A DNA stretch of 64,000 nucleotides from Octopus vulgaris (lineage: Eukaryota). How positions within the stretch are numbered: position 1 is the stretch's first letter; every line of letters starts with the position of its first letter. The notes beneath the pieces were generated by a model. That model searched no databases, was not told the DNA's origin, and saw nothing but the letters and a program-made list of their open reading frames with translations. The stretch is taken from positions 106,826,001 through 106,890,000 of the forward strand of contig OX597815.1 of the NCBI GenBank assembly GCA_951406725.2. The letters run 5' to 3'. The position numbers and the translations under genes were made by a program. This document shows, in pieces, positions 1 through 15,099 of the stretch.

Positions 1-61
<61 letters not shown>

Positions 62-85
62 CACACACACACATACACACACACA
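1..85. repeat. (CA)n microsatellite
   Basis: Direct reading of sequence. Confidence 0.95.
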
Positions 86-348
86 GGTACAGGCACTTAC
101 ATGCGCACACATATACGCATACGCACTTGTAAATAAAGCTGTATATGTATGTATAAATAGTTTTAGTTGTGATGGCTAAAACAAACTAAAGAATTAACGG
201 AAACAAATACACGCTCACACATGCACACACACATACACACATACAGACACATGGACGCATATATACACATTTGACAAGTGTTATATAAGAAACTGGAAGC
301 TTCTGCGTAATGTTTGCTGTGTTTATATACACATATGTAGAGACTAAA

Positions 349-443
349 TTAGATAAACAGATAGATAGATAGGTAGATAGATAGATAGATAGATAGATTG
401 ATTGATTGATAGATAGATAGATAGATAGATAGATATTTAGATT

Positions 444-516
<73 letters not shown>

Positions 517-547
517 AAAAAACAGAAGTATAGATAAATAGATAGAT
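349..547. repeat. (GATA)n microsatellite abutting the 3' end of the Tx1-like LINE
   Basis: Direct reading; explains the YLSI-type ORFs. Confidence 0.95.
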
Positions 548-552
548 AAATA

Positions 553-3012
553 TGTTTCTTTGTTAGCCACAGCGGAGCTGAACACAGAGGGGACAAAATA
601 CAGAAAGTAAGCTTTTCTTTTTTTGACGGAAAAAAAAAAGTGGGGGGAGAATTTCGATCAAAAGGGATCGTGGAAAGAAAAAAAAGAAGGCGATCAATAG
701 AGATCGTGTATCACAGAAATGTCATAATGTAAAGGTGGAAAGAAAAGCTTACGGAAAAGATCACGGTAACCTCGGGCAATAATGTCATGCAAAAGACACA
801 TTACAGTAAGTGATTCTCTTTTTTTCATTTCTTTTTCTGGTTCATAGGATTACGCTCAAGATGCCTCCGTCATTCACACGTGCCATCCTTGCTACATTCA
901 CCTATCTTTTTTTGAAACATTCACTAGACAAAACTTCCCTCACTACTCTCACCTTCCTCTTCAAGTGATACTTGAAGAAGTTGATGAGAGATTCCCCTGA
1001 GGGGAAAGTGTTTGTCTGTAGACCTTTCAGATGCGCCCACCATACACACTCTTTCGCCATAGCCACAAGTACGAGGAAAATGGCTCTTCCTTCCCGTTTC
1101 AAGGAAGGAGGCGCGACAGTATTCACGATAGACTCGGTTGATAAACTGACTCGTCCCGCACGCGATAGTAGTCGTTTGACATAGGCTCACAGGTCGGAAA
1201 TGGTTGGATACTGTACAAGTGCGTGCAGAACGGTTTCGTCGCTCTGACCGCATCTCGGGCAGGTCAGCCACGTGATTTCGAGCCATACCTGTAGAGTTTA
1301 TCCTGAATGGGTAGTGCTCCTCGATAGCACTGTCAGACCAGGAATCTCTGGCAGTTGTCCATAGGTCCCAGCCCGAAAGTCGTCTTGAACAGTCGGGTCA
1401 GGTATTCCTCGTTGACACCCAAGTTTGCCCCGAGATCGTCGTCGTACATTCCCTCCACTAATTCCCTATAGAATGCTTTGGTTGTGTTACAGTCGCTCAA
1501 GGTCGACCCGGGACGTCATAGTTGCTGGAGAGCAACGCGACACTCGCTGTGCCGTTCGCCCTTCCTTGGCCTCTTTTTGATCCGCGACTGCAGTTCAGTC
1601 ATGGAGACGAGGTGCGGGAAAGCGCGCCTCACAAACGGCGACCACAGCTGTTCACCGTCATCTACGTAGAGCTGGAGATGTCGCAGTCTCAGCACGTGTC
1701 TGCACATCATCAACCTCGGTATGCCCAACCCTCCTTTTGACGGGTGTTGGCAGCAAACAGATCGCCCGATCATCAGAACGCATCCTTTCCACAAGAAGCG
1801 GAAGAGAATGCGTACCAGTTTGATGATGGTAGGGTCGGGACAAAGCGGTCAGGCGGTAGTAGATGACGGACGCGATGTACGTGTTCGACACCTCTGCCCG
1901 ACCTTTTAGCTACAGCTTCCTCTCGGCCCATTTCCGGGTGAGAGTGATCCCCCTACTCGTTATCTTGTTCCAGTTATTCTCCGTTTGGAGGTTTGGACCA
2001 AACCATACCTCAAGTAACTCGACCGGACCGTCGGTCCAGCGTCCCACGACGGAGGCGCTGCTGGACGGCATGGGCTTGCTTCTCCAGGTGCCGAGCCGCA
2101 AGCCCACTGACTTTTCTCAGTTGATTTTCGCTCCTGTTATCGCTTCGTAGTCTTTCAGTGTCTCACCGACCAGCTTGATGTGCTTCTGGCTAGACCCTAT
2201 GACGGTGACGTCGTCCGCGTATGCGGACACACTCGTCCCGCATCTCAATTCGCAGCGTCAGTTCTCGAGCCACTACAGCTTCCGCAGTAGTAGCTCGAGA
2301 GTCAATACGTACAGAAGCGACGAGAGAGGGCATCCCTGACGGACCGAACGTGCAATGTCGAAAGGTCTCGATAGATGTCCATTCACGCGAATTACCGAGC
2401 GAATGCCTCTGTACTAGGCAGCTATCCAGCCGCGGAAGACAGGACCGAGACCAGCCGCTATGAGGCCCGGCACGGCGCACGTTTGCGCCTTGTCGACCTT
2501 TCGATGACAAGCGCCAACACCTTGGCCTAAATTTTCAAGTCTGCCTAAAGTTATCTATTACGTCCCCCTTGTTTGGGTCTTTCTTCAGCAGCGTTACGGC
2601 TCCTCGGCTCACAAAACTGCTGCCAAAACGTCTCTAAACAAGTCTGGCATACTACTGTAAAGCTCGTAGAGTAGACCATCCAAACCCGGTGACTTGTCCC
2701 TCGGGCATTCTTCCATCGCGTCCCGCACTTCCGCCCCCGTGATGGCACCTTCGCAGCACTCTGCCTCTCTTGTCGGGAGGCGTGGAAGACTGTGCATGTA
2801 GGCACTGAAGTCCACCTTGCATTCTTGCTCACCATTCGTCCCGAACAGTCGGGCAAAATGCTGTTGAAAGGCCTCACACATTTTACTTGGCTCCTGTAAT
2901 TCGCGCACCTGCTCATCTACCAGAGACTGAATGGTGGCTTTGTTGCTCTGTTGCGCCTCCGCCAGCCGGGCCTCGCGCAGCTCCAACACCTTCGTTCTTT
3001 AGAGCGCGCCTC
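553..3012 (-). mobile_element. 5'-truncated, frameshifted Tx1/L1-clade non-LTR retrotransposon (ORF2 RT region to 3' UTR)
   Basis: Minus-strand ORF pieces with L1/Tx1 ORF2 motifs: FQQHFARLF...ITGAEVRDAM...KSPGLDGL.YELY (2609-2989), GPVELLEVWFGP...NWNKI (1910-2107), CQHPSKGGLGIP (1516-1794), VAMAKECVWW (902-1126). GC-rich island against AT-rich flanks. Confidence 0.85.
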
Positions 3013-3106
3013 TACATGCTTGTTCATAGGTTTTTTCATCATGCCCAATTCTCCAATTATTTTACCCTCATACCTCACTATCATCATCACCATCACCATC
3101 ACCATG

Positions 3107-3149
<43 letters not shown>

Positions 3150-3697
3150 GTCTACTATGACAGCAATGAACGTTGAACTAACACTGCGTAATGATCGTTT
3201 CTAAAGCAACAAGGATGAAGAGGAAGGAAAGGGTTGAAACAGTAGTTATCAGTAATGATGAAAACATCCACAACAATAAGAACGACGACGACTACGGCAA
3301 TATGGATAACAACACCAGCAGCAACATATTGCGGAGAAGAATGAACAGTTACAGTAAACGACTCCATAAAGAGGATGGGTCTCTAAACAACTGATGATGA
3401 CAACATATGTTAGCAGATTAAATAATTATTATTGCATCAGGATCTTTCTCTGGACTACATGATATACACGTGAGTATAAACACACAAAAGGTCAACTCTG
3501 GCATTAAGAGAATGCGTGAGCATATGTGTGTGCGCGCGTGCGTGTGTAGATGGGTGTTAGTGTGTGTGTGAGAAAGAGAGTGTGTGTGTACATACATAAG
3601 CATGCATATATATTCAAACACACGCATATATGCATACATACATGTATATGAATATATATCAATATGTGTGTATCTGAGTGAGTGTGTAGAGTTGAGC

Positions 3698-3990
3698 TGG
3701 TGAAGACGTGTGGTTTAGTGGTTAGGGTATTCGGCTCAAGATCGTTGGGTCGTGTGTTCGATTCCTGGGGACATTTTGTGTCCTTGAGCAAGACACTTTC
3801 TCGTTACTCTAGTCCACTCAACTGGTAAAAAATGAATTGTACCTGTAATTTAAGAGGCCAGCATTGTTATATTCTGTGTCACGCTAAATCTCCCTGAGAA
3901 CTACGTTAAGTGTACACGTGATTGCGGAGTGCTTTGCAACTTGTACCTTAATTTCACGAGCAGTTTCATCGGTTTATCGAGCCACATTCG
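3698..3990 (+). mobile_element. tRNA-derived SINE (third family), degenerate
   Basis: A-box-like TGGTTTAGTGG and B-box-like GTTCGATTCC, followed by GTGTCCTTGAGCAAGACACTT, which resembles a conserved SINE central domain. Confidence 0.7.
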
Positions 3991-4505
3991 AGCTAGTGTG
4001 TTGTGTGTTTGTACGTGTGTGTGTGTATGTGTGTGTGTGCGTGTGTGTGCGTGCGTATCTATGAGTGTCTGTATTGGTATATTTGTGAATTGGCATATTT
4101 ACTCAAATATGCAGTTGCCCAGTTATTTCTCCTACAAATGTTTTCGTTTCTGCGGGAAGGACCGTTTCAACGAAGTCGCGTATTGTCATTGCCTTCGAAC
4201 GCGGAGTAGATGAAACAGGGACAACTGAAGAAGTGGAATACTTTTTTATGTTGCATGTCTCGTTCCTCTGTTTGTTTTTTTCGTTGATCGAAAAAAGTTC
4301 GTTTTCTATGTTTTTGTTTTTATGTTTTCGTTTCTCATTGTGTTCAACGTTTTTTTGATATCCTGTACCCATATATGCATGTATATACACATATATATGT
4401 AAGTACATATATGTATGTATGTGTGTATGTATGTATGTATGTATGTATGTATGTATGTATGTATGTATGTATGTATGTATGTATGTATGTATCTTTATCT
4501 TTATA

Positions 4506-4713
4506 TCTTTTACTTGCCTTAGTCATTAAACTGCAGCCATATCGGAGCATTGCTTTGAAGTATTTTAGTCAAAATGTATTAATTCCAGTATTTATTTTTC
4601 TTTTAAATGTGGTACTTATTTTATCGAACTCTTTGCCGAACCGCTAGGTAAATGGGACGTATTCAAACCATCACGGGTTGTCAAGCAGTGTGGGAGACAT
4701 ACGCAGGCACAAA

Positions 4714-4781
<68 letters not shown>

Positions 4782-4972
4782 CGCACACATACAAATATAT
4801 TTATATATACGGTGGGCTTCTCTCAGTTACCGTCTACCAAATCCCCTCACAAAGCTATTGTCGGCCTGGGGCCATAATAGAAGACACCTACCCAAGGTGT
4901 CAAGCTGTGAGAATGAACGCGGCACCATGTTATTGAGAAGCAAACGTTTTACGACAGTCACTCCTGCGCCTA
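4506..4972 (-). mobile_element. SINE family A copy (tRNA head, CORE-like body, internal (CA)n/(TA)n)
   Basis: Collinear with copies at 22711-23163 and 55925-56316; head reads TAGGCGCAGGAGTG on minus. Confidence 0.85.
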
Positions 4973-5387
4973 GGTATGTATATATACATGCCTACACACA
5001 CACACAGTTATTCCCTTGCATCGTCCTGTGATGCACTAGGATACATCGTCAGTGATGGTTGCTAGGGTCATTAGGTGTTCCTGATTTTTCAACAGACATC
5101 CCCCCCCAGGCAACGAAACCAATGTCGATCAAACCTCATTTTGTGTCCATATATATTACACACACACGAGCGCGCGCACACCCGTACACACACACACTCA
5201 CACACGTACACACATATATGAATATATTGGTACAAAGACAGACATTTAGATAGACAGAAAGATATAAACTGACAGATAATTACAGATATATATACAGAGA
5301 GAGAGAGAGAGAGAAAGGAAAGTAAATATGAACAAATATACAAGTACACTCACTAAGACAGACATATGCAAAACATGCTGATATACA

Positions 5388-5480
<93 letters not shown>

Positions 5481-6251
5481 ATATATATGTATATATGTAT
5501 GTATATATATATATATATACATTTACACACACATATGTATACATTTAGGTATATAGTCATATACATTCATGCATGCATACATTGTAACACCTTTTCAGAA
5601 TGTTATACATCAGCAGGTTTTCTAAACACAAAACTCATGTTCGTTATAGGCAAGTAAACATGCAAATATATATTTGTATACTATGAGTAAACACACTTAT
5701 AAATAATTACACATTCATATACAAATATACAAAACTATGTAAACGTGTGCATGATTAAATACACATGCAACAATCCCGATCGATTTCACTCTGTCTATCA
5801 TGATACCGACCGAGCACACCGGCATTGCCAGCTCGCCAGGCAGACAGAGAGGCATACAGGCAGGCAGACAGGCATGCAGCAGGCAAGCTGGCAGGCAGGC
5901 AGGCAGCTAGGCAATGCAGTGGCAGGCGGTCAGTCGGTTTTAAAAGACACTGTTATCATTCTACTTCACTATTTACGGTATTGGCCAATATTTCGATGAC
6001 GTTTTATTGTTTGAACCTGGTAGTGGACTACAAGCAGGATGAATGCAAACTTTGAGGTTTGGCCGGAAACGTTGTTCTCGTGTAAATGAACTGGAAGGCT
6101 TGTGATGTTTCCTGGATAATTATTCCCTTTATATGTTATGAGTACTACGTTCAGTTTATATGCACCTATATTTACATGTATATATTTGAATGTTTTTTTA
6201 ATACATGCACACATACGTACATATATATACATATACATGTGTTTATGCGCA

Positions 6252-6296
<45 letters not shown>

Positions 6297-7068
6297 ATGC
6301 GTGCATATGTATGTGTATGTATATGTATATGTATATGTGTATGTGTATGTGTATGTATGTGTGTGTGTCATTGTTCAGTTTTATTTCAAGATTTCCTGCC
6401 AATAGAGAAAGAACCGATTTTTTATACCTAGTTCCAAGGCTTCTTCATTGGAATTTCAACATCAACAACAGGATATTTTTGTATGTATGTATGTATGTAT
6501 GTATGTATGTATGTATTTATGTATGTATGTATGTATTTATGTATATATGTATGTGTGCACATTTGTATGTTTTGTTTTATGTATGTATTCTCATGCCGGC
6601 CAGTATCCAAGCACATATTTCCTTTCATGTGGACAGAATCCGGCTTTTGTGAAAGGGGTATGATCCTAGATGAATTTCCCTCTGAACTTCTCTCACAGGT
6701 GCTTTTGTTCATGTTTCCACAACACCCACAAACTAGATGTGACACTTCCTGACGTCCAGTAACAAAGATCCATCGCTATGCTTTTCATAGCAGATCTGAT
6801 GAGCCCCGGGACTGGATTCAGTAAAATCGGCTGAAATGAATCTATAATACCATATTATATAAATAGCTAGCATATTTACTATTTTGACAAGTATAGGAGT
6901 TCCTGTTTTTTTTTTTTCGAGTTATAAATTCTTAAAAAACAATGAATATGTATATGCATATGTACATATGAATATGTATAAGTACACCCACGCACACACA
7001 CACACACATACACAGGTGTACAATATGTATATGTACATATACATATACATATACACATGTGTATAATA

Positions 7069-7102
<34 letters not shown>

Positions 7103-7180
7103 CACATACATATATGTATGTATGTATATATAGTGAGAAAGGGGACGGAGAGAGAGAGAGAGAGATAGATAGATAGATAG

Positions 7181-7270
<90 letters not shown>

Positions 7271-7512
7271 AGATTATGCTTTGATACATAATCTAACGGT
7301 CTGAAGCGTCATCAAACAGCAAGATGTAGAAAAATGTCACCGTAATTGTTTAAGAAATATTTTCCCATGGATCTGTTTCATGCTTATTTATAGAATGTAC
7401 GCTATACCTTTATAATGTATAGTGTATATATATATATATATATATATATACACTCATAAATATGTCTCTCTCTCTATATATATATATGCACACATATATA
7501 TACATACATATA

Positions 7513-7563
<51 letters not shown>

Positions 7564-8182
7564 TTATATGTATATACTGGTGTGTATGAATTTAGACATG
7601 TGAGCATGTGTGTAGTATGTTAGTCCGTGCACAGTAGGAGGAATCTTGCCAACAGCACATGAAAGCTGTGCTAAGGTCTTAGCTATGATGGGCACATGTA
7701 TTTGAAGTTCTGTGTGAAATATTTTTGGCTGACAATCATAGACACGAATAGAAGCAGCGGCTTTACAAGCACACTGATATTAATGGTTGTTTGTAATAAT
7801 GTATATGATATAATGATACTTAAGATTAAGACCCCGTTTGGAGGTTGAATTATTCACATGAAATATTAATAATGTTTGCCTCTCCCAGTTAATCTAAACG
7901 GTTCTGTTTAAAATATATTACATTATAACTACATAGACGTGACAAATAAAGATAGCGCTCTGCAATAGTTCCTAAGCAGTGTGCGGTGCCATACATGTGT
8001 ACCGCAAAAAATAAGCGACGTGCATGGCTGTAACAATATATTATATTGGCTGTGACAAATATGAACAGGTGTTTTGAATTTAAAATATTGATAACAATGC
8101 TTCATTTATCGAATGAGTAAGTGAACAATATCATATAGATTAAATATGTAATATATTACATATTAATTTTATATCATATATT

Positions 8183-8530
8183 TGTTTCAATCATTGGATT
8201 GCAGGAATATTGGGGCACCTTCTAAAAGGGTTTAGTCGAACAAATGGAATCCATTACTTATTTTTAAGTCTGTATTTACTCTATCGGTATCTTTTGCCTA
8301 GCCGCTAAGTTAGAACAAACCAACACTGGTTATCGACCGGTGGGTGGGGAAGAACACATGCCGACACATATATGTACGATGGGCTTTCACACAATTTCCG
8401 TCCACCAAATTCACTCACAAGGCATTGGTTAGCCCAGACATATAGTAGAAGTCACTTGCCCATAGTGCTACGCAGTGGGACTGAACCAGAAACCAAGTGG
8501 TTATAAAATTTGCTATATAACCACACTGGC
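8183..8530 (-). mobile_element. SINE family A copy, degenerate
   Basis: Same modules: agtcgaacaaat, ccaaattcactcacaaggc, cagtgggactgaacc. Confidence 0.75.
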
Positions 8531-8629
8531 ATGTTTATTAAATTAAAATTTAAGTATCTCGGTTTTCGAACAACTCTGACTACGAATAAACCGTGCTTTA
8601 TCTCATGTCTTTCTCATATTCATTTAATA

Positions 8630-9856
<1,227 letters not shown>

Positions 9857-9933
9857 TGTAGTATAATTTAAAGCTAAAAATATAAATATAAAAATAAAAA
9901 AAACTTATTTAAAAATTTTTTTTATTATATGTT

Positions 9934-10843
9934 TCAATTATGAGGCCAAATGTTAGGGCTTATGTGATCTTGAAAATTTTCAGCCATCCATTCCCAGAGC
10001 CATGTGTGATAGTGCAGAGTCTTAGTGAAACGCATATATGGCCTTCCATTGCATACACTGTCTATACAGGGTTTAACAATTATTTCGAGGACATCAATGT
10101 AGGCGGCAGAGTTAACTCTAACACTTTGTGGAAAGAAGTTAGGAGGCATCACATGTACTTCATTGTTGATAACCCCTAAAACCATAACAGTTGCAGGAAA
10201 TTTTGCATGCATAACACTTAAAATTTCAGCAGGGTCTGCACATAACCATCCGCCATTTCTTCTGTTAACTTTTTGATCTTGGTCAAAGTTTTTCTCGTTT
10301 GAGAAAAACCAAATCAAATCTTCTGATGGATTTTTCAGTTTAAGAGCCTTTTAGATCTGATGTAGTTATTTTCTTTTGTGCTTTTTCTGACTAATTGACC
10401 TTTCTTTACCATATAAGACTTACATTATGTCTTCGTGAACCACATTTCTGACTTCCTTCTGACATATGGAGACCTTTTGCAATTGACTGCATGGACTTTC
10501 TGGAATTGTAATCAATAGTCTGTTGAACTTGCTGGATAAATTCAGGTGTTCTGATGATTTCAGAGCGTTTAGAGTGCTTTTTATGCACCCTAAACGTTTC
10601 CATCTCCAATCTCTAGCCCCTTAAAACTTTGTAGACGAAAGATCTGGCAACTTTTAAAAATCGAGATATTTCTAAATCGCTATGCTCAGCCTTTATAACC
10701 ACAATAGCAACATGCTTCTTCAATTCATGAGTGAGCTGATGGTGTACCATTATTATTTTCTGAAATAAAGATTATACAGAGTAAGCAAAAAATGCAGCAA
10801 CGACCCAAAAAGGTATGTCCTCAAATACCTAACGCACCCTGTA
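9934..10843 (-). mobile_element. Tc1/mariner-superfamily DD37D (maT-like) transposon remnant
   Basis: ORF 9934-10317 WFFSNEKNFDQDQKVNRRN..W...KFPATVMVLGVI...MPPNFF...VNSAAYIDVL; HTH-region fragment 10406-10609; terminus TA|CAGGGTG at 10843-10835. Confidence 0.8.
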
Positions 10844-12189
10844 TATTATTGCTAGCTGAATAGTCCGTCGATGCCGAACAATTTTTACAATAGAGTGTCT
10901 TATATAAATTTTTGTTTATTCCATGTCAGACGATGCCTTTCGCGTCAGATAGGCCTTTTGATGAGGACAGATTTCTGCAATTTTTCGCAAATAAACGTCG
11001 TTGAGGATTCTTTTCCTTTATATTATTTACATGTGTGTTCGACCGTTTCACATGACTTTATTCATTAAAACTTATTAAACTTCAAAAGTTCTTACAAGTT
11101 TGGTTGTTGTTGTAATGTTTTACTTTCGCTTGATAAAAATTCCTCTTCGTAATGATTTTTGCTTTTATTTTGTAATAGACAGCTCTCATATAGAAAATGC
11201 CAGCTTCCAAATCCTGTTTTTTGATTAGGTAAAATTAATTAAACTTTAAACATCAGTAATATTTTTCTGCAATTTTTCTGGAACAAATAAATAACAAAAT
11301 CGGATTTGCGTGGACAATTATTTCAATATACCAAATTTTAAAATTTTGACGTAATTTTAAAATTTCACAATATGTAACATCATCAGGGAAAACCCTACAA
11401 AAGTAGAGAGGCAGACAGTTATAGGACGTGACACACGCACACGTCCACACACATACACACACACACACATTTACAATCATATACACAGGTAATCACGAGT
11501 TTAAAATGGTGTGTAGTAGACATATGTATGTACGTATGTATGTATATATATGTATGTGTGTGTGTATATGTGTGTAAGTATTTCTTTGCGATGGACAGCA
11601 GAAAAGCCACCTATGCCTTCTCTCCTTAAAGCTACGTATTCCTCACACCCACCTTTCTTTAATTTTCTCAGCGTTTTAAAAGTTAGTTATGTGTATGTGT
11701 ATGTGTGTGTGAGTGTGTGTATGTAGTGTGTGTGTATACATGTATGCATGTATGTATACAGCGTTGCGTGTATATCCGTGAACGACAGCTGTATGAACGT
11801 TAACATCCTACTGCCACTCCATATTTGTCAGTTACACAACGCTATACTCCTTCTCTGATATCATCCACACTCACTATGCCATTACATTTCCCTCACACTA
11901 ATACTCTTTGTACCCTTTTCATTTTGTCAAATAATAGCCCCCTTCCTAGGAGACCCATTATAGATTTTTATAGACTAGCCTATAATTGAACTGGATGTTA
12001 GTTTAACACGTATACAAAGTTTCGTCAAGATCAGTTCATTGGTGTAGGCAGCAAGATGGTAACAGACAGAAATTGCTATTTATTGTTTAAGTCAGCGAGC
12101 TGGTAAAATTGTTAGTACGCCGGGAAAAATGCTTAGGTTCTAAGTTCAAATTCTGCCGAGGGTCCAGGTATAGCTTCTATGCTTTTGTT

Positions 12190-12845
12190 AATATGTTTTT
12201 TTATCATGCCCAGTGCTCCATTTATACTGGTATATTTCCCCCCTTCGCTCCCCACATCTTGAATACTTCAATTTCGAGGCCTTTGTGCTTTCACAATTTC
12301 TCCACTTCTTTTTGGGTAATATTTTAGTCATAGTTGACTGTAATGTCTATTAGTAAGCAAGTGTTTTTTTGTTCCAGTCCTTGATTATTATGTCCGGGTG
12401 ATTAGCTTTTATTTCTTCGTCAGTTTGAAAAGGCATATCCCAGATGATTGTAGCCTGGTGGTTGTCATGTATCTTGTTTGGCACATGCTTATACAACTTT
12501 TTGTCAGTTTTTATGTCGCAGTGTTGGCATATTGTCCAGTGGAATTAACTACTTACTCGATAATGTCTGTATATATATTCAGATATGGCAAGGGTTGGAC
12601 AGCCAGAAACGATGTGGTAAATTGTTTCATTGTGCCGGGTTTACATTCTGCATTTGGTGTTATGTCTGTTTTCATTATTTTGCTTTAATAGTTGATTGTG
12701 GTCAGGCATTGGCCTTGTTCAGCGAGAATTAGTTCTTCCGTTTCAGCTTTTAGCCCAGAGCTTTTGAGCCATTGTTGGCTTTTGCTTAGACATACTTCTT
12801 ATCTGCAGGGTATTGGCCATGGAGTGACGTGTGTATTCATCATTA
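12190..12845 (-). mobile_element. R4/Dong-like (RLE) LINE 3' fragment
   Basis: Minus-strand translation gives PDIIIKD...TCLLIDITV...NITQKEVEK (PD-(D/E)xK-type endonuclease) downstream of a decayed Cys motif. Confidence 0.7.
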
Positions 12846-13604
12846 TTTTATTCAATTTTAGAAAAATTGAAGCACGTCTTTGACAATTTCGGAGCGCATT
12901 GAACTTATTTTGTGCGTGACTTTTCCCATTTCTACCAAGCCGTTTCAGTTCATTTTATCTTCATTTTCATATAAAAAGTATATAATCATTTCCTTATCTA
13001 CAACCCCGCCAGAAAACAATATTGAGTGACAGTATATTTGATTAGAATATAAGACAGATTGAATAATAGAAAAAAAATTACCATTTTCTTACCACAAGTC
13101 GATACTAATTGATACGATAAATAACTCAGGGAAAGTGAATACAGAATGGGTTTCTGAACTGATCTCTTCGAACCCAAAGCAATTCAGCTCGTTATATCAT
13201 GTGTTTAATAAGGTCCCACTCAAATTTGAGAAATGATCGATATTACTGTTATTTTGTTCTATTAGTCCCTTATTACTTTAGATGGTTCGAAGATATGCAT
13301 AAAACATTAATTTTATTTATCTACTTATTTGTAGCTATGAACTTTACTGAGAATATATTAAAATTATTTCATTATCGAATGAGGTAATTCAAAATTCGGT
13401 GTAAATGAAGAATTAACTACAAATATATCAACTTTTAAGCAATATAAAATATACTAATGTAGAAAACATGATCAAAACAAGAAACAAAAAGCCAAGAATA
13501 CCAATAAAGAATACCAATAAACTGATATAAAGTTATGCATACTGTGATTGCTTTAGCCTTCATCTAGTTTTCGTGCCCACAATGTCTATGGATTTGTGTG
13601 GAAT

Positions 13605-13760
13605 ATTGGTTTCAAATTTTGGCATAAGGTCAGCAATTTCGTGCGTGAGGTTAGTCGATAACATCGACACCAGTACTCAACTGGTACTTATTTTATCGAC
13701 CCCGAAAGAACGAAAGGCAAAAATCGACCTTAGAATGTAAAGACGGATGAAATACCGCCA
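13605..13760 (-). mobile_element. SINE family B copy with tail type 2
   Basis: Core GCCTTTCGTTCTTTCGGGGTCGATAAAATAAGTACCAG and tail CCTTATGCCAAAATTTGAAACC on minus. Confidence 0.75.
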
Positions 13761-14149
13761 ACATAAAATATTTTGTAATTCGTATAATTATTTTGGATCA
13801 ACGTTCACGTTGCCTCCTACAGTAAGGAGCTATGAGAAAATTATGATTAAATTATCAAGGTGTTTTTTTTCCTTCCTGAAAGAATAAGGAGCTTATTTTT
13901 CACTATCTCTTCTACATCTACCTCAGAAATCTTTTCTGTCACTCATTTACTTTTTAATGAAATGATGATAGTGATGGTGATCGTTATCATTGTAAATAAC
14001 AACACGACAACTACGTTTGTTACTTTCACCACTGCGTTTATAACATTTCTTAGTCCTATCTTTATACACGTCTTTATCTTTGTTATTCTGCTCCTCCTCC
14101 TCATCTCCCAATAAATTTTATTGTTATGTTGATAAAATACTCCTTGTTG

Positions 14150-14247
14150 TCGTCGTCGTCGTCTTCTTCTTCTTCTTCTTCTTCTTCTTCTTCTTCTTCT
14201 TCTTCTTCTTCTTCTTCTTCTTCTTCTTCTTCTTCTTCTTCTTCTTC
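14150..14247. repeat. (GTC)n(TTC)n microsatellite
   Basis: Direct reading; source of the poly-R/E/F ORFs. Confidence 0.95.
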
Positions 14248-15099
14248 CACTGTCACTATCATCAAGATCATATTCTGTATCATCTTTACTACGTATGGCT
14301 AAACTATTTTCAAATCTATTGTCATGTAGTGTAGTGAGTGTAAACTTAATCAAAATGTCGCGTGTATTTCAACTACGGTTTCGCAGTTTGTTTTCTTTGT
14401 TTCTTGAAGTCACTTAACATTTGAAAATTGACACTTTCCTTTAATTTCTGGAATAAAAAATATCGATTTTGTTAATATCACTAACTTGACCTTCGGCAGT
14501 ATTAATGGTTCCTAACCACAAATGACAAACATCATCAGTCATTTATTAAAGAATTTTTTAAAATTCAAGCAAAGCATAAATAGAAATATCTAGAGTTGTC
14601 CTGTCTCAGCTCAACCTCGAAAAAGATCAATGGCCACAAGCTTTTCAGCAGTGACTATTCCATCATTTTAGGCTTATGTAAGACTACAATATTTGATTAT
14701 TTCTTTTTCTCCTATTTAAAATAGAACATAATTTCATGAAGATGTGGTTGTTAAATCTAGAATTTTGAGAAACTGTGTTATTGGCTTCTGGCTTGATGTT
14801 GAAAGAGCGAAGTATATTTCGGGACTGTTAAATGTGGGGTTTTTATTTCACTCAGCTTCAGCTGATTGAGATTTTTCACCGACCTGCAAAGTAAATGATG
14901 GTTAACTTTTAGAATGTGCGGCAGAGAGACAGCTTCATCTCTTAATAGAAATGTAAATTTTTCTGTAAGCGGATTAAAATTACTTTAACATTACACACGT
15001 TGTCTACAGGGATGGAATATATTTCTAGTTTTTCACAGGACACAAGAGTCAATGTAGCTAAACAGCTGCTTAAATAATAACTAGTAGGGCTGACATCCC

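Noticed and set aside
349-600. (TATC)n target specificity of the Tx1-like LINE
   Set aside because: The microsatellite is present only at the 3' side, not at the truncated 5' junction near 3012.
3698-3780. tRNA genes at SINE heads (also 23090-23160, 44084-44160)
   Set aside because: A/B boxes are present but there is no complete cloverleaf, and each continues into a SINE body.
4220-4260. CAACTGAAGAAG... possible hammerhead
   Set aside because: No GAAA half of the core.
6790-6846. Hammerhead-like AGAT-CTGATGA-GCC...GGCT-GAAA-TGA-ATCT
   Set aside because: Has core and stems but no UH cleavage site or stem III; at best a decayed remnant.
7268-7385. Minus-strand TTGATGA plus hairpin, and a separate GAAACAGATC
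   Set aside because: Halves are in the wrong order for one ribozyme and truncated by (GA)n; cannot be supported.
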